From the NCBI GenBank assembly GCA_002269645.1, contig NIVC01001871.1:123720-158403 (forward strand): a DNA stretch of 34,684 nt. Direction: 5' to 3'. This document shows, piece by piece, positions 11,012 to 20,800 of this stretch (positions are counted from its first letter, which is position 1; each line of letters opens with the position of its first letter). The notes below the pieces were generated by a model that saw nothing but the letters and a program-made list of their open reading frames with translations, was not told the DNA's origin and did no database searches. Both the position numbers and the translations under genes were made by a program. The stretch is from Macrostomum lignano (taxonomy: Eukaryota).

Positions 11012-12119
11012 TTTGGCGACAAACAAATTTGGCAACAGAGATTTACAATGGACTAATTAGGCGAAAGCAAATTTGGCAACAATCTAGGCAAATTTGGCAA
11101 CACATCTTTTTATAGCTAGCCTAATTAAAGACAAGTTAAAGCAAATGAGGTGGGAGTGGAGAAAGAAAATTAAACTTGGGGTTTGACTTGAAATTGATTG
11201 GTTGCTGACACTCATGAAATGAGGTAGGGCGGATTTCACAGTTAAATTCCTACCAGCATTGCATTTGCACGAATAAATCTAGAGATGTCCTGCAGACAAA
11301 TCATAATGAAATTCTTTCTCCTGTTTTACTCTGATTGCCAGGGTCCTCAAATTCCAGGGGGAGGGTAGTTGTATCATAGCGGAGTGGTCGTATAGCGGCG
11401 CGGTCGTTTAAATGGTAGACATTGAGATTTTGACACCATAGATTAATGCGTCAATTTGCTGAGCTTGTTACTTTCAGTAGGGTAGAGCTGCCACCACCGT
11501 AATTTACAGTATATTTGAGCCTTATATACTCAAAAGGCCATCCAAGCGATGAATAAAGGAGATTCACGCATTGGAACAAGGCACCAGTCACCACCCCACA
11601 TGCACTCTTTGGCGAGCAAACACAGAGGTAGGATGGGTGACTAATAGTAGAGTAATAAAACATAGATAGCCGCAAAAAGGGGGTTCAAATTAGAATGAGT
11701 TGGGCACCTTAGATGGCTCACATCAAAATCAAATGGGGAGAAGTTAAAAGGCTGAATTCCTTCCCCGATATTGTAACAATGGAAAGACCTTATTAGGCAT
11801 ACAAGAAATCATTTTTCTCATTTTTTCAAAGTCCCATAGGTTTTTGCTTATAAGGCCACTCAACCTGAAATTAGAACATTTCTTGGAAAGGACTTAAAAC
11901 TCACTAAGAATAAATGACAGATAAAACAAACTCAGTTAAAAAGGGAAAGCTAATCTGCATTATAGAATACCATTCTACAAAAGGAATTAGGCCTATTCAA
12001 ATCATACACAATTATTTTTCCTTCATTAATTGTCATCAAATTTGCCTAGATTGTCGCTGAATTTGCTTTTGCCAAATTAGTCCATTGTGAATCTGTCGCC
12101 AAATTTGTTTGTTGCCAAA
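11012..12119. mobile_element. ~1.1-kb non-autonomous inverted-repeat element with ~85-bp imperfect terminal IRs built of AAATTTGGC(A/G)AC motifs
   Basis: 11012-11095 is the reverse complement (imperfect) of 12038-12119; no transposase ORF inside. Confidence 0.7.
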
Positions 12120-13106
12120 CTGGTCAGCACCCTGACAGGCCTGACTGGACGACCCTATCGGCTATCCTTAATATTGTGAAACACCTGGTCCAATTGAACA
12201 TAAACAAAGAAACTAAAATTGGAATTTTGTCAAAATTTTGATTGACAAATTTGACATCAAAATCAAATAGGCTCTACTGAATATGATACACCCACTTTAT
12301 TATGTCCACTGTCCAGCCCAGTGCAATTAAGGTCTAGGGGGCCTATCGTGCAGAACTGTTTGTAAAAAAATTCACATTGTTGAAGTGATTATTCGCATTT
12401 AAGGAGTCCAAAAAAGCTTACTAAACTTAGCTTATTGTACTAGGCCTATATGTAACGTATCGTGCACTGTGCATGTGCGCAAGACAAGCATATAAAATAA
12501 TTAATAAAAAAGGAACTATACACGTTACATACTAGGCCTATGATGAGCATTCTAGTCCACGCACAAGTACAGGCGTGTAAAAATAAAAAATTTATTACAA
12601 AATAAAGCAACCATAATAAAGAATAGGCGCCTGGTACGCCACACAAGTTCCATAACTTCCATATGCAAACAATGGGAGAAAGCGGCAAGTATTTTCTACT
12701 CCCATAAAGCAATTTTGGCCGTAAACTTTATTACAAGAAAAAGCTGTTTCAAAAAGAAACCGTAAAAATCAAGAAAAATGAAGGGAATAGAAATATATGT
12801 TTCTTGCAACCAAAATTTAGTTTTTAAATACATATTTGTCTTTTTAGGTCCAATTTGTCTACTATTTTGTTTCAATTCATGACGTTATTTCAAAAGCAGC
12901 ATTAGCGGTATTCTGCACAAGAACCACAGTCGAGTCTATACACTTTAATAACCTTTCATAATGCACTGTATTATGCTACTGTAATACTACTATACTTATT
13001 AAAGTGGTCCTTGATTCTGAAATTTCGAATGAAGCAGAGCATATTGTGCTGTGCTACTTAGCTGAACTTCTTGAATCAAGTAAACTTGTAATAAAAATGG
13101 TGCATG

Positions 13107-13658
13107 CAGCTGGGGGTGCAGCCGAAATCGTCATATTCAAAATCGTCATATGATGATGACGACTTGAACAAATCTCGAAGACTTAAACATTTAAATAAGA
13201 CGACTTTGACCAAAGGCAAGGGTGTATATTAATTTTGGATTTTTCTACCTTCGGGCAAAAATCCCTTGCATATGCACCCGTAATTTTTATATTAACTGTG
13301 TCAATTAATGCTGATTCACCCCTGATTGCTGCATCAGCAATCAGGGTCGGCGTTGCGTTCGCGCGAATTAATCCGGAGAATAATTCAAATTTAGTTCAAA
13401 TATCAATTAAGTGGCACCCGACTGCCACACATGACTACTGAGAATACACTGTAAATTGTTTTAATTTGTTGGCAAACAAGAACACGCTGCCGCCATGAGC
13501 TAAGATCCTTGCGCAGCCAATGCAACACAATATGACGATTTAGTGAATGCAGCATTGTCCAATACTGAGATGATGACGATTTAGATAATTTAGTTGTTTT
13601 TCTCGTAAGCCGCAGATGACGATCTCGAATATGACGACTTCGGCCGGAACCGCAGCTG
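13107..13658. mobile_element. ~550-bp MITE-like element with ~43-bp imperfect TIRs starting CAGCTG
   Basis: Left end cagctgggggtgcagccgaaatcgtcatattcaaaatcgtcat versus reverse complement of right end cagctgcggttccggccgaagtcgtcatattcgagatcgtcat. Internal atcgtcat/atgacgat sub-repeats. Internal perfect 12-bp hairpin at 13320-13346. Confidence 0.75.
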
Positions 13659-14907
13659 GTAACTCTTAAGCAATTATGTTAAGCAATTATAATTCCATTT
13701 TAATGCAAATGCATACAACTTGGCATATGAAATAAAAAATAAAATGAAAATGATCCTTTCACTACTACACAGCTAACATGTACTGTATTTTGTACAGTTA
13801 TTTACTCTATTGTAGATTATACTCGTACACATACAGCATAGTAACATGCTGTGCATGCTAAATTTTAAGAATGGTACTCTTCACTACCCCGGATGAAATT
13901 CAATAATTGATTATATGATGAAGACATTATTTGTTTCGATTGTCTTCGCAGTGTATTTTTCCACCAAATTGGCCTCCAAAATAACACATTTTTAGTTTGA
14001 CGTTCGTTCAGATACTACAGTGGTCCTTGGTGAAATATTCTGAAAAATCTGAAAACTTTCGAACTCACTAATGATATAGCAGAATTTGCAATCGCACTTT
14101 GCTTTTTTTATTTCTCTAAATGGCGCTTTGCCCATTACCGTATAATCCAAAGCTTATAGAGGATCGAGCTATAAGAAGTACTTTATAATTACGTACTTTT
14201 ATCAAACGTTTCCGTGAAAGCATCAGAGACTCCTGCAAGAGAGATGCACAGACCAGCCCTTCTCTTTATTTTCCATGTTTAGTTTCCATGCGTGGGACAT
14301 CCATTGCTATAGCCTATAGCGTAGGCTGAAACAGACAAAAGTTGACGGCTCAGAAATCGCATTGACAATTTGCCCCGTTCCTCGCGTGGCTAGCAGTTTG
14401 CATCTGATCAATCGGGGCTAGAAGTTTTTTAAAAATTAATTTGCTGCTTCTCCCCTTATAAAAAGTTGCAGTGTCTGAAACTGCATGAATGAGGGGCCAT
14501 TGTTTCAAGCGAGCCCTCGTAACCTTGGTGCATTGTGGGAGTCAAATGGCTTTAAAAAGATGCTGGTCCATATGACGGCGATTGTTATTCTGCGAGCTTA
14601 TTGGACAGGGATTTTCCTCCCCCCAGCTAGAGGAGACATCCCCAGCAACAGAGCTGCCACTGCTGGCTATAGCAAACGCGATGACGACAACCGCCTGTGC
14701 AGCCGCATGGGATGGGTGCCGTGTGGTCAAAGAGAGGTTGGGCAGTGGTGTCGGGGAACAGGCCAGCTAAATTCAGTCTTTCCCTCCTCTAATAAATATC
14801 GGCTAGCTCAAGCAGCAATTTCCAGCTTCGATTTGCGATCATCAATAGAGTGTTAGCTAGAGCTGCTTCATCAAGACTCACTATCAGCATTGTTGCATTG
14901 CACGGCA

Positions 14908-16076
14908 ATGGCCGACAAAGCTCGGACAGTTAAGAAGCCTGGCGCTCCCGCCGCTGTCACCAACGGCAAGGCTAAGCCGGCTAAAGCGTCTGACAACAAG
15001 CAGCAGCAGCCGAAAGCTTCGTCTACCGGAAATGGAACGACCGGAAACGATGAAGAGATAAATGGCGCCATAACTGACATGCTGGCTAAACACGAGCTCG
15101 AACTGCTAGCGGTCGCGTCCGATCTCACAGCGGAGACGAGTCACTATGACAAAGAGTTGCGCAATCTCAAAGAGAAGCTCGAAGCGGCCAACAGGCGCCT
15201 GATGCAGCTGGAGTGGCGCTTTCCAACTACGGCCCTGTGGCGAATCGGTGACTTCTTGGAGCGCATGAAGGAGGCCAAGAAAAACAAATCCGTACTGGAG
15301 AGTCCGCAGTACTATCTGAGCAGGCAGGGCTATCTAATGAGCATGTCTATCGCACTGTATGGCTCTGGAGAAGGTGAGAAATTTGTTTTACTATTCAATT
15401 AGTTTAGTTATGTGATTATCAAGAACACCTATAAAGTGTAGATGAATTGTTATAAGTTCAAGTGTAATAGTAAACGCACCTCCAAAATCCATAATTGTCG
15501 TCGTATGCATAATCAGCACAAACCAAACGCATCGCTCAACTGCAGGAAAAGTACATTTAGAACTTTTAAATTGAAAGAAACAAACGAAACAAATTGACAG
15601 AAAATTGATAATAACAAAATTTGGGTGATGGGGATTAGTAGGATGATATGAATAAAGCGATATAAAGTTTCAAAGTGTACGATACGACTAGTTGGATGTC
15701 ACTAAATTGTTGACCTGCTGACCGCCCCCCAGCCCGCGGAAAGTACATGTCGATATTCGTGAGCGTGTGCAGAGGCGAATTCGACGGCAACCTGGCCTGG
15801 CCGTTCACCATGCGGCTGTACCTCAGCATCCTGGACCAGACCGAGGACGAATCGCCGAGGCGCAACCTCACCAAGATGATCATCCCTCGGGTGTGCCGGG
15901 AGAACCTGGCCTTCCTCGGCCGACCCAGAGGCCGGCCCAGGAATCCGCAATTCGGCCTGGAGCAGTTCGTCAGCCTGGAAGACGTTCTGCGCAACAGCGA
16001 CGAGCGACAGTACGTGCGCAACGATGCCTTGTTTGTACGGCTGGAGGTGCCCAATGAGGACCTGGTGCCGATGTGA
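14908..16076 (+). CDS. TRAF: TRAF-family protein (coiled coil + MATH/TRAF-C domain, no RING or zinc fingers), 2 exons (14908-15373, 15733-16076), 269 aa
   Basis: LWRIGDF…ESPQYY…GYLMSMSIALYGSGE|ARGKYMSIFVSVCRGEFDGNLAWPF…LSILDQ…FGLEQFV…YVRNDALFVRLEV matches TRAF-domain hallmarks. Phase-1 join GAA G|gtgag … cccccag|CC CGC. Preceding heptad segment ELRNLKEKLEAANRRLMQLE. Confidence 0.93.
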
Positions 16077-16114
16077 GTCATCTCTGCAGCGCCTGCCAGC
16101 CAACTGGGTGACTC

Positions 16115-16201
16115 GTGACCAGTGACCAGTGACCAGTGACCAGTGATCAGTGACCAGTGACCAGTGACCCGTGACCAGTGACCAGTGACCAGTGACCAGT
16201 G
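16115..16201. repeat. 7-bp tandem repeat (GTGACCA)n just downstream of the TRAF stop
   Basis: About 12 units. Confidence 0.95.
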
Positions 16202-16615
16202 CAGCTGCAAGCGAGTAGAGATAAAAATTAGACGATGTTAAAGTTTGAGACCGGTTCTTATGCCATTATGCACTGGCTAGGTAGGAGGTTTTCAGTTTTT
16301 TTTCAGTAAATCCACAATACGTCGCCTTCTAAAATTATTTACTCAACATTTTTTGGTCAACTTTTTCCCGAAAAAAATCTGCGAATTTAGCTCTTGTAAA
16401 AAACACGTACGCTTGCTTCATATGTATATTCAGAAATTTATAGAAGGCTAGAGATGTTGGGGATTTAGGGCTAAAAAAACTTTTAATGTTTGAGAAGTTC
16501 TCAGTCCCCTGCAAAAGCTTGTTTTCTTAAAAATTGTCATGTTTCCGCTTTGCGTGTTAATTTTTTTGAAAACTTCAGAATTATTAGAGTTCAGTAAGGA
16601 ACTTTTATTAAAAGG

Positions 16616-16980
16616 GGTGCTAGATATGGGGACGGGTTGAGATAAGGGTGCTAGATAGGGGGACGGGTTGAGATAAGGGTGCTAGATATGGGGACGGGTT
16701 GAGATAAGGGTGCTAGATAGGGGGACGGGTTGAGATAAGGGTGCTAGATATGGGGACGGGTTGAGATAAGGGTGCTAGATAGGGGGACGGGTTGAGATAA
16801 GGGTGCTAGATAGGGGGACGGGTTGAGATAAGGGTGCTAGATATGGGGACGGGTTGAGATAAGGGTGCTAGATAGGGGGACGGGTTGAGATAAGGGTGCT
16901 ACATATGGGAACGGGTTAGATAAGGGTGCTAGCTAGATATGGGGACGGGTTGAGATAAGATGTTAGATAGGGAACGGGTT
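16616..16980. repeat. 31-bp G-rich minisatellite (GGGTGCTAGATA[T/G]GGGGACGGGTTGAGATAA)
   Basis: About 11 units with a 31-nt period. Confidence 0.95.
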
Positions 16981-17135
16981 TCGAGAAGGGTTCGAAGTTA
17001 TCCTACTCATCTCAATCTTTGCGCACAAAATATTTATAATGAATACTGTTTATGACTTTCGTATATTTGTTCTTTAAGAAAATTTTTAGATATGCATGCA
17101 CATAATCAGGTATTGAAGGATGTAAACTCGCAGAT

Positions 17136-17316
17136 AATGATGTAGACTGACACAGAATGATGTAGACTGACACAGAATGATGTAGACTGACACAGAATGA
17201 TGTAGACTGACACAGAATGATGTAGACTGACACAGAATGATGTAGACTGACACAGAATGATGTAGACTGATACAGAATGATGTAGACTGACACAGAATGA
17301 TGTAGACTGACACAGA
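17136..17316. repeat. 20-bp minisatellite (AATGATGTAGACTGACACAG)
   Basis: 9 near-perfect units. Confidence 0.97.
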
Positions 17317-17816
17317 GTGGCAGCAAACAACCAAATATAAACTCTTGCTTTTTTTACCATTTTAGGCTCCAATATTCAATTCTGATATCTAGTTAATATA
17401 ATTCTTTCCACAGTATATATTTATAGCTACAGTTAGTAACTCACTGAAGGCATACAAGTTGGCTTTTAAAATTTTTTAAAAACAATTATACATAAATTTT
17501 TGGGGGAAAGAAAGTGAGAAACAGAAAAGAGATCAGCAATTCAAGCTGATGGTGCGATTATTTTGCAAGTAGAAATAAACAAACAAAAGCTTTTTAAAGA
17601 CGTCAAAGAGATTTATAGAAATTGCATACGTGCATACGTTTTCATAGAATTGGGTGAGCTAAAAGTACAAATCCATAAAAGAAAAATCTCCTGTGGTAAT
17701 GATACAACTCTCAATTACTAATTGTTGTTAGGTTTTCTCTCAAGACAATTATCAGATCAGTTTATTATCGATCACTTTAAGCATAATTAGGTATAAGCAA
17801 TGACTAATTATGTTAA

Positions 17817-20800
17817 TTAATCTTTGCCAACCAGGGCCTGCAGCAGCTTCTTGTAGTCGCCAGATGTGTCATTCTTAATCCAGCGCCAGAGAGTCTGCTT
17901 GGTGAGCTCCAGAAAGCATTTCTTGATCTGCACCATGTCAATCTGCACAATTGTGTTCGAGAGTTGTGAGTAAGATTGCGTTGGGAAAGGAAAAGTCAAT
18001 TTCAATAACGTCCTCAATCAATGTGTCCCCATCTCTCAAAGTCATCGCTTCACTCACAACACTTCTTCCCCTACCTTACTCTTCCCCACCTCACTTCTGC
18101 CCCACCTCACTCCTCCACCACCTCACTCCTTCCCCCACCTCACTCTTAACCCACATCAACTCCTGCCCCCACCTCACTCTTCCACCACCTCACTCCTTTC
18201 CCCACCTCGCTCCTTTCTTCACCTCACTCCTTTCTCCACCTTACTCTTTTCCCCACCTCACTCCTTCCCCCACCTCACTCCTCCCCCACCTCACTTCTTC
18301 CCCCACCTCAATCCTTCCCCCACCTCACTCCTTACCCCACCTCACTTCTTTTCTCGCGTTACTCTTCCTCCCAACCTCACTCCCCCACCTCGCCTCTTCC
18401 CCACCTCACTCCTTCCCCCACCTCACTCCTTCCCCCACCTCACTCCTTCCCCCCACCTCACTCCTTCCCCCACCTCACTCCTCCTCCCCACCTCACTCCT
18501 CCTCCCCACCTCACTCCTTCCCCCACCTCACTCCTTCCCCCACCTCACTCCTCCCCCACCTCACTTCTTCCCCCACCTCAATCCTTCCCCACCTCACTCC
18601 TTCCCCCACCTCACTCCTTCCCCCACCTCACTTCTTTTCTCGCCTTACTCTTCTTCCCAACCTCACTCCCCCACCTCGCCTCTTCCCCACCTCACTCCTT
18701 CCCCCACCTCACTCCTCCTCCCCACCTCACTCCTCCTCCCCACCTCACTCCTCCTCCCCACCTCACTCCTCCTCCCCACCTCACTCCTCCTCCCCACCTC
18801 ACTCCTTCCCCCACCTCACTCCTCCTCCCCACCTCAATCCTTCCCCCACCTCACTCCTTCCCCCACCTCACTCCTTCCCCCACCTCACTCCTTCCCCCAC
18901 CTCACTTCTTTTCTCGCCTTACTCTTCCTCCCAACCTCACTCCCCCACCTCGCCTCTTCCCCACCTCACTCCTTCCCCACCTCACTCCTCCTCCCCACCT
19001 CACTCCTCCTCCCCACCTCACTCCTCCTCCCCACCTCACTCCTCCTCCCCACCTCACTCCTTCCCCCACCTCACTCCTCCTCCCCACCTCACTCCTTCCC
19101 CCACCTCACTCCTAATTCAATTCAATTCACACAGCCCACTCCCCAACTCCACCGCCTCGCACCTCGGCCCTGCTGATAATAATCCTGATCAGAGTCTTAT
19201 CATCAGTGCCAAGGCCCTTCATAGCGTCGCGCAGTCGCTCGGCAAAGTACATGGGCCGGCAGCGGATATTCATGACGATGCCGCGAAGCGCCCGCTTATA
19301 GTCGCCGCTTGTCTCCCGATCGATTGAGTTCAAAATGTCGCGCTGGGCAATCTTTGAAGTTTAACAACGGATTTGAATAGGTTTAGTTTGGCGTTTCTTG
19401 GGAGTACTTTTTAGACTGCATAGGGACGTACTTTGCCAGAATTTACCTCAAGCTTAATTAGACGCTGGATAAATTTTGACCCTCTGTTGTATTCTAAAAG
19501 AATTTACATCTCATTGCCATTTAAATAGCCTTACCAATTAACATTTCTAGCAATCTATATAATTATAACTAATCCAGGGTATCGGCTCTGACTGCATGGT
19601 TTGTGTCTGTCAAAACGCTCTCGGTTCTGCTTTTAATTAATCATTTGCAGGTAGTGTAGCTGCATGTGACCAAGCTTCTCTTATTCAACAATTTTAAATT
19701 AGTTATTTATTATTAATAACTGCTCAGCCTCCGGGCAAAGCTAGACAAGAATGATGAGGTAGAACTTTATTAAGCGTTTATGAACCAGCTGAGAGGCAAA
19801 AAACGAGAGGCAGAGAAGTAGAAAGAGACAGAGAAGTAGAGAGAGACAGAGAAGTAGAGAGAGGCAGAGAAGTATAGAGAGGCAGAGAAGTAGAGAGAGA
19901 CAGAGAAGTAGAGAGAGGCAAGAGATTTAGAGAGAGGCAGAGAAGTAGAGAGAGGCAGAGAAGTAGAGAGAGGCAGAGAAGTAGAGAGAGGCAGAGAAGT
20001 AGAGAGAGGCAGAGAAGTATAGAGAGGCAGAGAAGTAGAAAGAGACAGAGAAGTAGATAGAGGAAAGAGAAGTAGAGAGAGACAGAGAAGTAGAGAGAGG
20101 CAGAGAAGTAGAGAGAGCCAGAGAATTAGAGAGAGACAGAGAAGTAGAGAGAGACAGAGAAGTAGAGAGAGACAGAGAATTAGAGAGAGACAGAGAAGTA
20201 GAGAGAGGCAGAGAAGTAGAGAGAGGCAGAGAAGTAGAGAGAGGCAAGAGATTTAGAGAGAGACAGAGAAGTAGAGAGAGGCAGAGAAGTAGAGAGAGAC
20301 AGAGAATTAGAGAGAGACAGAGAAGTAGAGAGAGACAGAGAAGTAGAGAGAGACAGAGAATTAGAGAGAGACAGAGAAGTAGAGAGAGGCAGAGAAGTAG
20401 AGAGAGGCAAGAGATTTAGAGAGAGACAGAGAAGTAGAGAGAGGCAGAGAAGTAGAGAGAGGCAAGAGATTTAGAGAGAGACAGAGAAGTAGAGAGAGGC
20501 AGAGAAGTAGAGAGAGACAGAGAATTAGAGAGAGACAGAGAAGTAGAGAGAGGCAGAGAAGTAGAGAGAGGCAGAGAAGTAGAGAGAGGCAGAGAAGTAG
20601 AGAGAGGCAAGAGATTTAGAGAGAGACAGAGAAGTAGAGAGAGGCAGAGAAGTAGAGAGAGGCAGAGAAGTAGAGAGAGGCAGAGAAGTAGAGAGAGGCA
20701 AGAGAATTAGAGAGAGACAGAGAAGTAGAGAGAGGCAAGAGAATTAGAGAGAGACAGAGAAGTAGAGAGAGGCAAGAGAATTAGAGAGAGACAGAGAAGT

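Noticed and set aside
11365-11425. tRNA A-box-like TAGCGGAGTGG
   Set aside because: No B-box and no cloverleaf; not a tRNA gene
14627-14725. Possible extra TRAF 5' exon (cctccccccag|CTAGAGGAGACATC…)
   Set aside because: Good acceptor and GC-rich, but only weak donors and no start exon; cannot be supported without cDNA
16616-17316. Regularly spaced 20-33-bp repeats resembling CRISPR arrays (also 23593-23985, 27338-27559)
   Set aside because: Head-to-tail units with no unique spacers, no cas genes and a eukaryotic context
17951-19327. 458-aa Pro/Ser/His ORF and similar long ORFs (2665-3546, 7432-8082, 7473-8057, 21808-22685, 23418-23966, 19927-21391, 17012-17372)
   Set aside because: Translations of stop-poor intronic or intergenic minisatellites, often open in several frames at once
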